DNA of 64,000 nucleotides, taken from Candidatus Spongiisociaceae bacterium. Its GTDB lineage: Bacteria > Actinomycetota > Acidimicrobiia > Spongiisociales > Spongiisociaceae. The number at the start of each line of letters is the position of its first letter. The stretch's first letter is position 1. Both the position numbers and the translations under genes were made by a program. The stretch spans positions 4,512,001 through 4,576,000 of the forward strand of contig OZ253564.1 in NCBI GenBank assembly GCA_965262915.1, given 5' to 3'. Below the pieces are notes generated by a model that saw nothing but the letters and a program-made list of their open reading frames with translations, ran no database searches and was not told the origin of the DNA. Of this stretch, positions 18,089 through 28,072 are shown piece after piece.

Positions 18089-19306
18089 GTGGACACCGGT
18101 GATACCGCGTGGATAATTGTTGCTACTGCCTTGGTCCTGTTCATGACCTTGCCGGGCCTCGCCATGTTCTATGCCGGGTTGGTGCGATCCAAGTCGGCCC
18201 TCTCAGCGGTGATGCACTGCGTATCCATCACCGCCCTGGCAAGCGTGTTATGGGTGGTTATCGGTTATGCCCTGGCCTTCGGTGACAGCCAGGGGGGGGT
18301 GATCGGTGGGCTCGACAAGGTCCTCTTCATAGGCGTAGGACCGGACGCGCTGAGCGGTTCGATACCGGAAATCGTCTTTGCCATGTTCCAGATGACGTTC
18401 GCAATCATCACGCCGGCGCTCATCGTGGGAGCCTACGTAGAGCGCATCAAGTTCTCGGCCATGCTCATCATCAGCGGCGCTTGGGTTGTGCTGGTCTACG
18501 CACCGATCGCTCATTGGGTCTGGGGAGGTGGCTGGCTGAGCGAACTCGGAGTCATGGACTTTGCAGGTGGGCTCGTGGTCCACGCGAGCGCCGGTACGGC
18601 GGCCCTGGTCATCGCCTCCGCTCTAGGACCGCGGCGAGGCTTCCCCCGCCGACTCCAGCCGCCGCACAATCCCGGTATGACCGCCGCAGGCGCGGCGATG
18701 CTGTGGGTAGGTTGGTTCGGTTTCAACGGAGGTAGCGAGTTGGCCGCGAACGGCTTTGCCGGAACGGCTATCGCGGCCACCCACCTCGGCGCGGTCGGCG
18801 CGGCCATCGCTTGGTCAGCGGTCGAGTGGAAGAAGTTCGGTAAGCCCTCGTTGGTCGGCATTGTCACCGGGGTGATCGCTGGTCTCGCGACCGTTACGCC
18901 CACTTCCGGGTTCGTAGACCCGGTCGGTGGCCTGATAGTGGGTGCAATCGCCGGGGTGACATGCTTCTACGCGGTCGAACTCGTCAAGGAGAAGTGGCAT
19001 ATCGACGATTCGCTGGATGTATTCGCCGTGCACGGTGTCGGCGGGATACTGGGTACGCTGCTGGTCTCGGTTGTGGCTGTCACGGCTCTCGGAGGCAGAG
19101 GACTATCGGTCGCCAGCGGCAACATCGGCGCCCAGCTCGGCGTCCAGGCAGTAGGTGTACTGGCGACCCTCGCTTGGTCGGGCCTCATCACATATCTCAT
19201 CGTCAAGGTCACCGCAGCCCTCACCGGAGGACTGCGGGTAGACGGTCAAGATGAGTGGACGGGTCTGGATCTGGCTGTTCACGGTGAGCGTGCCTACGAT
19301 CTGTAG
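18089..19306 (+). CDS. amtB: Ammonium transporter
   Basis: FQMTFA, DFAGGLVVH, WFGFNGGS, DDSLDVFAVHG (twin-His), GLDLAVHGERAY. Confidence 0.95.
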   Translation: MDTGDTAWIIVATALVLFMTLPGLAMFYAGLVRSKSALSAVMHCVSITALASVLWVVIGYALAFGDSQGGVIGGLDKVLFIGVGPDALSGSIPEIVFAMFQMTFAIITPALIVGAYVERIKFSAMLIISGAWVVLVYAPIAHWVWGGGWLSELGVMDFAGGLVVHASAGTAALVIASALGPRRGFPRRLQPPHNPGMTAAGAAMLWVGWFGFNGGSELAANGFAGTAIAATHLGAVGAAIAWSAVEWKKFGKPSLVGIVTGVIAGLATVTPTSGFVDPVGGLIVGAIAGVTCFYAVELVKEKWHIDDSLDVFAVHGVGGILGTLLVSVVAVTALGGRGLSVASGNIGAQLGVQAVGVLATLAWSGLITYLIVKVTAALTGGLRVDGQDEWTGLDLAVHGERAYDL

Positions 19307-19441
19307 ATCTTCCCGGCTGCTTATCCCAATTGGAATGTAGGGTTCGGGAGGCCGGTCGATCAGGTCTTGATCCGGCCGTTCTCGGCAAGGGAGCCCGGCG
19401 ACTTGTCCTCCCGGCTGACCAGAAAAGGAGAATCAGACACT

Positions 19442-19747
19442 ATGAAACTGGTTTCGGCGAAGATTCAACGACACCGGCTCAATCAGGTTCATGCATCCTT
19501 GGTTGACCTCGGGATCACCAATCACATGGTCAGCACTGTCAAAGGGTTCAGCGAAGAGGGAGCCCACGCGGAGATCCACCGGGGCACTGCGTACGAAGTC
19601 GATTTCATGCCGATGGTGAAAATCGAGATGGTGATAGGCGATCACAATGTGGAGGCTGCGCTGGGAGCTATTCGAGGGACGGACCCGGAGAGCGACCTTT
19701 CCCCGTACGACGTCTGGGTAGCCGACGTGGCGAGCGGAGCCAAGTAG
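19442..19747 (+). CDS. Divergent PII-family (GlnK-like) protein
   Basis: MKLVSA...VKGF...HRGTAYEVDFMPMVKIE, directly after amtB. Lacks TGxxGDGKI and RIRTGE. Confidence 0.72.
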   Translation: MKLVSAKIQRHRLNQVHASLVDLGITNHMVSTVKGFSEEGAHAEIHRGTAYEVDFMPMVKIEMVIGDHNVEAALGAIRGTDPESDLSPYDVWVADVASGAK

Positions 19748-19930
19748 ACGCCTCGGTTCGGATTCCGGGTCGTCGAGACCTCGCGGCCTCCTCCCTCGCC
19801 GGACACGGTCGATGAGGTCTCTTGTGATCTGCGTTACGGTCAGCCCGGCCTCGACAGATCTCCCGACGGAGTAACCGCGTTCGAGAGCTACTGGAGCCGG
19901 TTCCTCCGGTCGTTCGGAACCAAACCTTTA

Positions 19931-20177
19931 GGAGAATGCCGAAAAACGGTAAGAGGGGTGCGCGGATAGGTGCTCACCTGGGGAAACACCGAGTACGACC
20001 GTTGATGAGTACACAGCGACGACCAAGGGTTCTTCGATCTGGAGCCGGGTAGGTCTGTCGACAGGGGCGGTTACGGTCCGCCTATCCGCACACCCTCTAA
20101 TTGGTTGGCCCGTCATCCGCTGACGTGGCATTTTGTCATCGACCGTCGGACCAACGGGGGGCTTCTCAGCAGTCTCC
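19931..20177. mobile_element. MITE-like element family A, copy 3, interrupted by a nested element
   Basis: Left part 19931-19952 and right part 20101-20177 match family A. Confidence 0.78.
19953..20097. mobile_element. Nested MITE-like element family C (145 bp)
   Basis: Inverted ends gaggggtgcgcggatagg / cctatccgcacaccctc, flanked by a TAA duplication (19950-19952 and 20098-20100). Confidence 0.75.
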
Positions 20178-20190
20178 CAGCTTGTCGCTA

Positions 20191-20451
20191 TCAGTGCTCC
20201 ATAGCCCCTAGGACACCGATAAACCCGCCCCCGAACACACCGAGGAGGACGCCCGGAAGGAGTCCGGTGGCGATCGAGGTTCCCACGCTCTGGTCGGTGA
20301 TGAGCCAGACCGCGGCGCTGATCAGGACGACCATGATGGGCAGGCCCACGAGGGCCCCCTTCACCACGGCTTTGCCGAAAGCGAGGTCGATGTTGTCACC
20401 GTCATGATCCTCGCCGTGGTCTTGAGCGTGACCTTGTTCGTGATCGGACAT
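20191..20451 (-). CDS. Small membrane protein with His/Asp-rich N-terminus
   Basis: MSDHEQGHAQDHGEDHDGD followed by two hydrophobic helices. Confidence 0.6.
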   Translation of the reverse strand: MSDHEQGHAQDHGEDHDGDNIDLAFGKAVVKGALVGLPIMVVLISAAVWLITDQSVGTSIATGLLPGVLLGVFGGGFIGVLGAMEH

Positions 20452-20574
20452 CCGAGCCTTTCGGTGCCGGCGCCTCAGGACACCGGCTTCGAAGTTGTGC
20501 ACGAGGGTGCCATGACCGGCCGCCCGAGGCAACTCGGCGGGCGGCGGGCGGTGACACCGGGGAGGGGGGCGGTG

Positions 20575-21282
20575 CTAGGGCTCGCCGCTCGCCGGTTTAT
20601 CCCTCGAGAACGGACCGGGAGACTCCACTGCGAGGGCGAGACGGCGCAGGTACCGGTCCCGGGGGATCTCCACCGCACCGAGCGACATGAGGTGGGGGGT
20701 GGCCCATTGCACATCGAAAACCGCCTCCCTGTAGGGCCGCAATAGGTCGACCATGCGTGCTACCGCCACCTTGGAAGCATCCCTGGCCCGGTGGAACTTC
20801 GACTCTCCTGCGAAGAAGGCACCGATAGCGACCCCGTACATGCCCCCGACCAGATCCCCCTCGTACCAGACCTCGACCGAGTGCGCCCAACCCAACTCGT
20901 GGAGGCGGGTGTAGGAATCGGCTATCGCCGGTGTGATCCAACCGTGAGGACGGGCCGGGTCGGCGCAACCCCGTACCACCTCCCGGAAGGATCGATCGAT
21001 GGTCGTCTCGTATCGCCCGATCGAGCGGCGAAGGGACCGCGACGGCTGGAAGTGTTCGGGTGGGAGAACGCCCCGGGGGTCGGGAGACCACCAGAGCATG
21101 GACCGTTGCCCCGGTACGGGCATCGGGAAGATGCCGGTCCGGTAGGCGGCCAGGAGGGTCCGCGGCTCGAGATCGCCTCCTATGGCCACCACCCCGGCGG
21201 CCGACGGGATCAACGGAGCCGGGTACTGCGATTCGCCCGCCGGGTCGATCCCCGGCCCCGTCGTCTCAGAGGAGCGCGGCAA
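20575..21282 (-). CDS. aat: Leucyl/phenylalanyl-tRNA--protein transferase
   Basis: GGDL, AYRTGIFP, WWSPDPRG, AHSVEVW, GESKFH, DASKVA. TTG start is uncertain. Confidence 0.88.
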   Translation of the reverse strand: MPRSSETTGPGIDPAGESQYPAPLIPSAAGVVAIGGDLEPRTLLAAYRTGIFPMPVPGQRSMLWWSPDPRGVLPPEHFQPSRSLRRSIGRYETTIDRSFREVVRGCADPARPHGWITPAIADSYTRLHELGWAHSVEVWYEGDLVGGMYGVAIGAFFAGESKFHRARDASKVAVARMVDLLRPYREAVFDVQWATPHLMSLGAVEIPRDRYLRRLALAVESPGPFSRDKPASGEP

Positions 21283-22684
21283 GGTGCTCGATGCCTGGAC
21301 GGATCGCCTCCAATTCGATGGCGGCGAAACCCAACTGCAGGTAGTTGGCAGGTCGGGGCTCGGTGAGAAAGCATAGATCACCTCGCTCTATCACCACTCC
21401 CCGAGAGCGCGCCCGCGTGGCCAGGACCGCCGCGTCCAGAGCCTCCGGACCTCGAACCCAGAGGCTCATGCCCCCGTCCGTCGCCGGTACCTCCCACGGA
21501 AACTGCTCGGTGACAGCCTCGGTGATGACCTGCCACTTGGCCTTGAGCACCCGGCGGTGCCGCCGGATGGCCTTCCCGTAGTCGCCCGCCTCCATCATCA
21601 GGGCCGCGGTGCGCTGGATGATCCCCGGGGGATGCCTCAGCATGTCGTGGCGCAACCGGCGTAGGTAGCCGACCAGGCGCGGGTCGGCCACGATGAACCC
21701 GAGCCGCAGTCCGGGGGCGAGAAACTTGGAGAAACTCCCCACGTACACGACCCGCCCGGTGGTGTCGAGGGCCTTCAACGCGGGAGGCGGCTGGCGGGAG
21801 TAGCAGTACTCCGAGTCGTAGTCGTCCTCCACGATCACCACACCGTCGCGGGCTGCCCTCGACAGTATCCGTCTGCGCCGACCGATCGCCATGGTCACGT
21901 TGGTCGGGAACTGCCGGCCGGGCGTGACGAAGACGAGGTCGAGACCGGACATCCGGGCCGGAACCCTCACCCCTTGATCATCCACCGGCAGGGCCACCAA
22001 CTCGGCGCCCTGCCGGGCGAAGATGTCCCTGGCGTCCGGATACCCCGGTTCTTCCACCCCGACCCGTGCTCCATCGTCCAGCAACGCCTCGGCCACGAGA
22101 TGGATACCGTGCTGGGAACCCAAGGTGACCAGGATCTCCGTTCTGTCGGCGTCGATCCCCCTCGCCGGGAGGATGGTGCGCCGGATCTGTTCCACGAGGA
22201 GGGGATCATCCCGATCGACCAGGTTGTGGAGGCTGGGACCGCGGTGCTCCTTTCGCAGTGCTGTTCGCATGGCACGGGTCCAGGCGCCGGTCGGAAAGCT
22301 CTCGGGACCCGGCCCGACCACGAAGGGATACGGGTAGTCCCTCCAGTCGGCCGGCTTGGGCGTCTCGTCCGCCCCGGGCGGCGAACCATCCAGCAGGCTG
22401 TCCCAGTCGACCGGTGGAGGAGAAGGCGCCCGCTCCCGGTCGCGCGCCCCACCCGCGGGACGCCCCAGATCACGGTTTATGACGTAACCCACCCGTTCGA
22501 TGGCCTCGACGAACCCCTCCGCCACCAGTTCCCGGTAGGCGCGGTTGACGGTGTTGCGGGACAGACCCAACTCGTCGGCGAGCGCCCTGGAAGACGGGAG
22601 CATCTCGCCCCCACCCAACTCCCCCGCCTCTATGGCGATGATGAGGGCATCTCGAAGTCGGCGGTAGCGCGGCCCCCCGTTCAC
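21266..22684 (-). CDS. MocR/GabR-family PLP-dependent transcriptional regulator
   Basis: GntR HTH LPSSRALA...SRNTV; EDDYDSEY; GSFSKFLAPGLRLG. Start approximate. Confidence 0.9.
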   Translation of the reverse strand: MNGGPRYRRLRDALIIAIEAGELGGGEMLPSSRALADELGLSRNTVNRAYRELVAEGFVEAIERVGYVINRDLGRPAGGARDRERAPSPPPVDWDSLLDGSPPGADETPKPADWRDYPYPFVVGPGPESFPTGAWTRAMRTALRKEHRGPSLHNLVDRDDPLLVEQIRRTILPARGIDADRTEILVTLGSQHGIHLVAEALLDDGARVGVEEPGYPDARDIFARQGAELVALPVDDQGVRVPARMSGLDLVFVTPGRQFPTNVTMAIGRRRRILSRAARDGVVIVEDDYDSEYCYSRQPPPALKALDTTGRVVYVGSFSKFLAPGLRLGFIVADPRLVGYLRRLRHDMLRHPPGIIQRTAALMMEAGDYGKAIRRHRRVLKAKWQVITEAVTEQFPWEVPATDGGMSLWVRGPEALDAAVLATRARSRGVVIERGDLCFLTEPRPANYLQLGFAAIELEAIRPGIEHLAALL

Positions 22685-22740
22685 GCCGCTGACGGCGTCG
22701 CCGAGATGGGCCGGCCCCGTAGACCGCTGCCTGGAAGTCA

Positions 22741-22841
22741 CTGGTGGTCCGTCACCAGAATGATTCGCCGTACCCTGCTTGCCATCGACGCCCCTCGCTG
22801 CCGACGCATGCCACACCGCCATTTGGCAGGCAGACCGCTGG
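22741..22841. mobile_element. MITE-like element family B, copy 2
   Basis: Shares gccatcg.cgcccctcgctgccg.cgcatgccacacc.cca with 17057-17157; same 101 bp length. Confidence 0.65.
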
Positions 22842-22904
22842 TACTGCAACCGGGATCGCTTTTTCACTTTACCCGAGTCCGGCGGGCGAGTACATTGCCG
22901 CGAC

Positions 22905-24233
22905 ATGACGACTAAACCCGACCTCAACCATCTTCTATTGCACTTCACCGGCGCCCGGACCTGGCGCGAGGGATCGATCCCTCTCTTTTCGAGGGGTGAA
23001 GGCTGCTATCTCTGGGACGAGAACGGGAAACGCTACCTGGATGCCCTGGCCGGGCTGTTCGTGGTGCAGATCGGCCACGGGCGGGCGGATATCGCCAAGG
23101 CGATGGGCGATCAGGCCGAGAGGTTGGCGTACATCCCGTCCTGGTCGGCCACCAACCCCACAACCGTCGAAGCAGCCACGCTGATCGCCGATCTGGCGCC
23201 TGCCGATCTCGACGCCGTGTTCTTCGTGAGTTCCGGTTCCGAGGCGGTCGAGTCGGCGATCAAGTTCGCCCGCCAGTACCACACCGCCCGGGGCAATCCG
23301 GGCCGCACCAAGGTCATCTCCAGGATCGACGCCTACCACGGGACCACGATGGGCGCCCTGTCGGCGACCGCCCTGGAGGGAATCCGCGCACCGTTCCTGC
23401 CCCTGCTCCCCGGCTTCAGCAACGTACCCAACACCCTCGGGTACACCGACGGTGTGGCGTGCGCCCGAGTCGTGGAGGAGGAGATCCTGCGCCAGGGACC
23501 CGAGCAGGTGGGGATGGTCATCGCCGAGCCGGTCCAGAACGGAGGCGGCGCCCTGGTCCCGCCCGACGGCTACTGGCCGGAACTGCGCCGCATCTGCGAT
23601 CGCTACGGGGTACTTCTCGTCGCCGACGAGGTGATAACCGGGTTCGGGCGCCTCGGTCGATGGTTCGGGTCGGACCTGATGGGCGTCGCCCCCGACCTGA
23701 TCACCTTCGCGAAGGGCGCCACCTCGGGCTACGCACCCATAGGAGGTCTCCTGGTCCGCCGGCCGCTGGTCGACCGGGTACTCGACTCCCCGGCCAGCAG
23801 CTTCCTGCACGGGACGACCTGGGGAGGGCATCCCGTGGTTATGGCTGCCGCTCTGGCCAATCTCTCGGCGATGGCCGACGAGAAGGTGGTCGAGAACGTC
23901 GCTCGCAACGAAGCCCATCTCCGGACACGCCTCCACGACCTCATGGCGGCCCACGATGTCGTGACGGAGTTGCGGGGCACCGGCTACCTCTTCGCGCTGA
24001 TGCTCGGACACAGTCGCGCGGCCGGACGGGAGTACTCCGACGAGGAAGCCGCCCGCATAGTCAGGGACGTCCTACCGCCGCTGGCGCTGGATGCAGAGCT
24101 GCACCTGCGCGTGGACGACCGGGGGGGCGCCAAGATCATGATCTCTCCCCCGCTCGTCGCCACTGTCGAAGAACTCGATGATATGGCGCAGCGCATATCG
24201 AGAGTCCTGGATAGGCTTCCCGGGGCAATGTGA
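22905..24233 (+). CDS. Class III (omega-amine) aminotransferase
   Basis: YLDALAGL, SGSEAVE, AYHGTT, EPVQNGGG, DEVITGFGR, TFAKG (PLP Lys). Confidence 0.9.
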   Translation: MTTKPDLNHLLLHFTGARTWREGSIPLFSRGEGCYLWDENGKRYLDALAGLFVVQIGHGRADIAKAMGDQAERLAYIPSWSATNPTTVEAATLIADLAPADLDAVFFVSSGSEAVESAIKFARQYHTARGNPGRTKVISRIDAYHGTTMGALSATALEGIRAPFLPLLPGFSNVPNTLGYTDGVACARVVEEEILRQGPEQVGMVIAEPVQNGGGALVPPDGYWPELRRICDRYGVLLVADEVITGFGRLGRWFGSDLMGVAPDLITFAKGATSGYAPIGGLLVRRPLVDRVLDSPASSFLHGTTWGGHPVVMAAALANLSAMADEKVVENVARNEAHLRTRLHDLMAAHDVVTELRGTGYLFALMLGHSRAAGREYSDEEAARIVRDVLPPLALDAELHLRVDDRGGAKIMISPPLVATVEELDDMAQRISRVLDRLPGAM

Positions 24234-24262
24234 TCACAACGACAGGACGGTGAGGTGGTCAT

Positions 24263-25348
24263 ATGAACATCGGCGTCGTCACCGAGACTAAGGCCGATGA
24301 AGGCCGCGTGGCCATAACCCCTTCCGGGGTCCAGGCACTGACGGACGGCGGCCACACGGTCCTGGTCGAGATAGCGGCCGGCCGGGGCTCCTACATCACC
24401 GACGACGAGTATGCCGAGGCGGGCGCCACGATGATCGGCGCCGCCCACCGCATCTGGGCGGATGCCGACATGGTGGTAAAGGTCAAAGAACCCCAGAGCG
24501 AGGAGCTTCCCTACCTGTCCGAAGACCAGATCCTGTGCACGTTCCTGCACCTGGCCGCCTACCCGGCGGTCGCCGAAGCCCTCTGCCGGGCCGGAACCAC
24601 ATCGGTGGCCTACGAGACCGTACGCCGCCCCGACGGCGCCCTTCCGCTGCTCGCGCCCATGTCCGAGGTGGCGGGCCGCATGTCGGTCCAGGTGGGCGCC
24701 CGGTTCCTGGAGAAGTCCGGGGGTGGACGAGGCGTTCTCCTCGGTGGAGTGCCCGGGGTGGAACCCGCCAAGGTGGTGATCATCGGTGGCGGTGTGGCCG
24801 GTTCCAACGCCGTGCAGATGGCGGTCGGGATGGGCGCCGATGTCACGGTGTTCGACCTCGATCCGGCCAAGCTGCGCGAGCTCGACCAGATGTATCGGGG
24901 CGCGGTGACCACCCTGATGGCCAACCGGGCGGATGTCCGGCGGGCAGTGTTGGAAGCTGACCTGGTGATCGGAGCGGTCCTGCTACCCGGGGCCAAAGCT
25001 CCCCGCGTCCTGACTGCCGACGACATCGAGGGCATGAAGCCCGGCTCGGTGGTGGTCGATATCGCCATCGACCAGGGAGGGTGCTTCGAGACCTCCCACG
25101 AGACCCACCATTCGGACCCCACCTACGTGATCGACGATGTGGTCCACTACGCGGTGGGCAACATCCCGGGAGCGGTCCCCCGGACATCGACCTTCGCCCT
25201 GGCCAACGCCACCCTTCCCTACCTACGCCTCGTCGCCGACCTGGGGATCGACGGAGCCATCGAACGCCGACCCGAACTGGCCCAGGGACTGAACACCCGC
25301 AACGGTGAGATAACCAACGAGGCGGTCCGCTCCGCCTTGGTTGTCTGA
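24263..25348 (+). CDS. ald: Alanine dehydrogenase
   Basis: [41 protein letters not shown]. Confidence 0.95.
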   Translation: MNIGVVTETKADEGRVAITPSGVQALTDGGHTVLVEIAAGRGSYITDDEYAEAGATMIGAAHRIWADADMVVKVKEPQSEELPYLSEDQILCTFLHLAAYPAVAEALCRAGTTSVAYETVRRPDGALPLLAPMSEVAGRMSVQVGARFLEKSGGGRGVLLGGVPGVEPAKVVIIGGGVAGSNAVQMAVGMGADVTVFDLDPAKLRELDQMYRGAVTTLMANRADVRRAVLEADLVIGAVLLPGAKAPRVLTADDIEGMKPGSVVVDIAIDQGGCFETSHETHHSDPTYVIDDVVHYAVGNIPGAVPRTSTFALANATLPYLRLVADLGIDGAIERRPELAQGLNTRNGEITNEAVRSALVV

Positions 25349-25368
25349 CGGGCAATGGCAGGGTCCCG

Positions 25369-27855
25369 ATGACGGCTCGCTCGGCGGCGCTTCCGGTGGA
25401 GGTGCCCGGGGCCCTCCACACAGGCGGCTCGCTCCCCGCTCGAGCCCAGGTGGTGGTCGTCGGAGGCGGGATCATCGGTTGCTCGATCGCCTATCACCTG
25501 GCCCGGCGCGGCATCACAGATGTCCTGTTGCTCGAGCAGAACACCCTCACGGGCGGAACCACCTGGCACGCGGCCGGCCTGGTGAGCCAGCTCAAGTCCA
25601 GCCACAGCCTCACCAGGCTGGCCACCTACACCACCCGCCTGTTCGAGGAACTCGAGGACGAGACCGGCCAGGCCACCGGTTACCGCACCACCGGATCGAT
25701 CTCGGTGGCCTCCGACATGGAACGATGGGAGGAGATCCTGCGCGGCATGTCCATGGCCAGGACGGCCGGAGTGGACATGGAGGTGATAGATCCGGAGCAG
25801 GCCAGGGAGATGTGGCCCTTGCTCCGTATCGACGATCTGGTGGGCACGGTGTTCATCCCCGAGGACGGCCAGACCAGCCCGGTCGATACCACGATGGCGC
25901 TCGCCAAGGGGGCCAGGGACCGGGGCGTGACGATCCGGGAGGGGATCGCCGTGGAAAGGGTCCGGGTGGAGGACCGGGCTGCCGTCGGGGTGGAGACCGA
26001 ACGAGGCTACGTGGAGGCGGAGACGGTGGTGCTCGCCTGCGGGATCTGGACCCGGCAGCTGGCGGCCGCCGCCGGAGTGAACGTCCCGCTCCATCCGTGC
26101 GAGCACTTCTATGTCGTGACCGAACCGCTGGAGGGGATGCTGCCGGGGATGCCCACCCTGCGGGATCCCACCAACTACACCTATTTCAAGGAGGAGACCG
26201 GCAAGCTGATGGCCGGTTTCTTCGAGCCGAGGGCCAAGACGTGGCGGTACGAGGTACCCCGTGACTTCTCGTTCGGCACCCTCGCCGAGGACTGGGATCA
26301 CATCGGCCCGATCTTCGAGCGATCCATCCACAGGATCCCCGCCCTGGCCGAGACCGGCATCCAGCTCTTTCTCAACGGACCGGAGGCCTTCACTCCGGAC
26401 GGGGTCTACTACCTGGGTGAATCTCCCGAGGTGGACGACCTGTTCGTGGCCGCCGGCTTCAACTCTGTGGGTATCCAGTCCGCCGGCGGGGCCGGTTGGG
26501 TCCTGGCAGACTGGATCGCCGACCACCGGCCCCCCATGGACCTGTCGGCGGTGGATCTCCGACGGTCATTCCCCTTCCAAGGGGAGAAGTCCTACCTGGA
26601 GGAGCGGATCTCCGAGAGCCTCGGACTTCTCTACGCCATGCACTGGCCCTTCCGGCAGTTCGAGTCTGCCAGGGACGTATACCGCTCCGTGCTGCACGAG
26701 CGTCTGGCGGAACGGGGAGCCGTGTTCGGCGAGGTGGCCGGATGGGAACGGCCCAACTGGTTCGCCACCGAGGGGATGGAGCGGGAGTACCGGTACTCCT
26801 ACGGCAAGCAGAACTGGTATCCAGCCTCGTCCGAAGAATGCGAAGCCACCCGTCGGCGCGTAGCTCTGTACGACCAGTCCTCGTTTGCCAAGTTCCAGCT
26901 GCGCGGACCCGATGCCCTGGCGGTCCTGAACCACATCGGGACCGCCGATGTGGACACGCCCGTGGGCAAGGTCTCCTACACGCAATGGCTCAACGGTCAG
27001 GGTGGCATCGAGGCCGATCTGACCGTCACCCGCACGGGACCCCAGGAGTTCATGGTGGTGACCGGGGCTGCTGTGGCCAACCGTGACTACCACACGCTGC
27101 GGAGAGCCCTACGAGGTCATGATGCCGAACTGGCCGACGTCACGATGGAACTCCCGACCATCGGGGTGATGGGCCCGCGATCCCGAGCTCTCCTGGGCGC
27201 CCTCACCGACACCCCGCTCGACAACACATCGTTCCCCTTCGGATGGTCACAGGAGATGACAGTGGCGGGTATCGGTGTGCGCGCCCTGCGGGTCAGCTAC
27301 GTCGGCGAGTTGGGTTGGGAACTGTACGTCTCCAGGGACTCGACTGTCGACCTGTTCGATGCGGTGATGGAAGAGGGGGAGGCCTACGGGATCCATCCGG
27401 CCGGCTACCACGCCATGAACACGCTCCGTCTCGAAGCCGGGTACCGGCACTGGGGACACGACATCACCGACGAGGACACCCCCATCGAAGCGGGTCTCGG
27501 CTTCACGATCGCCTGGGACAAGGAAGGCGGCTTCCTCGGCCGTGAGGCTCTCCTGGCCCAGAGGGCGGCGCCTGTGCTGCCCAAGCGCCTGGTCCAGTTC
27601 ATGCTGGAGGATCCGGACCGGATCGTCTACCACGACGAGCCGATCTACCGGGACGGGGCCCTGGTGGGCCGCACCACGTCCGGCATGTACGGTCACACCT
27701 TCGGCACCTGCCTTGCCATGGGATACCTTCTCCACGAGGGGGGCGTCACCCCCGAGTGGATCGAGTCGGGAACCTTCGACATCGAGGTAGCAGGAGTCCC
27801 GGTGGCCGCCACCGCCCGCCTCCGCCCGTTCTACCGGACCAGGACCCGCACGTAG
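25369..27855 (+). CDS. GcvT-family FAD/THF amine dehydrogenase (dimethylglycine/sarcosine dehydrogenase or MABO-like)
   Basis: VVGGGIIG, GTTWHAAG, NGPEAFTPD, GWERPNWF, GGIEADLT, SYVGELGWEL, LRLEAGY. Confidence 0.9.
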   Translation: MTARSAALPVEVPGALHTGGSLPARAQVVVVGGGIIGCSIAYHLARRGITDVLLLEQNTLTGGTTWHAAGLVSQLKSSHSLTRLATYTTRLFEELEDETGQATGYRTTGSISVASDMERWEEILRGMSMARTAGVDMEVIDPEQAREMWPLLRIDDLVGTVFIPEDGQTSPVDTTMALAKGARDRGVTIREGIAVERVRVEDRAAVGVETERGYVEAETVVLACGIWTRQLAAAAGVNVPLHPCEHFYVVTEPLEGMLPGMPTLRDPTNYTYFKEETGKLMAGFFEPRAKTWRYEVPRDFSFGTLAEDWDHIGPIFERSIHRIPALAETGIQLFLNGPEAFTPDGVYYLGESPEVDDLFVAAGFNSVGIQSAGGAGWVLADWIADHRPPMDLSAVDLRRSFPFQGEKSYLEERISESLGLLYAMHWPFRQFESARDVYRSVLHERLAERGAVFGEVAGWERPNWFATEGMEREYRYSYGKQNWYPASSEECEATRRRVALYDQSSFAKFQLRGPDALAVLNHIGTADVDTPVGKVSYTQWLNGQGGIEADLTVTRTGPQEFMVVTGAAVANRDYHTLRRALRGHDAELADVTMELPTIGVMGPRSRALLGALTDTPLDNTSFPFGWSQEMTVAGIGVRALRVSYVGELGWELYVSRDSTVDLFDAVMEEGEAYGIHPAGYHAMNTLRLEAGYRHWGHDITDEDTPIEAGLGFTIAWDKEGGFLGREALLAQRAAPVLPKRLVQFMLEDPDRIVYHDEPIYRDGALVGRTTSGMYGHTFGTCLAMGYLLHEGGVTPEWIESGTFDIEVAGVPVAATARLRPFYRTRTRT

Positions 27856-27954
27856 GAGGGTGCTCAAGTAACGGGTAGACGGTCGGGCCATCGTCCGCCG
27901 ACGTGGCACTTGTCGTCGACCGTCGGGCCAACAGGGCGTATTGACCACCCTTCC
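27855..27954. mobile_element. MITE-like element family A, copy 4 (diverged)
   Basis: ggagggtgctcaa...gtccgccgacgtggcacttgtcgtcgaccgtcgggccaac...ttgaccacccttcc; begins within the upstream TAG stop. Confidence 0.7.
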
Positions 27955-28072
27955 AGACAGAGGAGAGGAGATCGCCGCACCCTTCCGCGGCAATCGGGGG
28001 CTCGAAATGCCACCAGCTACTCCGACGAGGATGGCATCCTTGCAATGAGGAGGGTCACATCCTTGTAATAAT

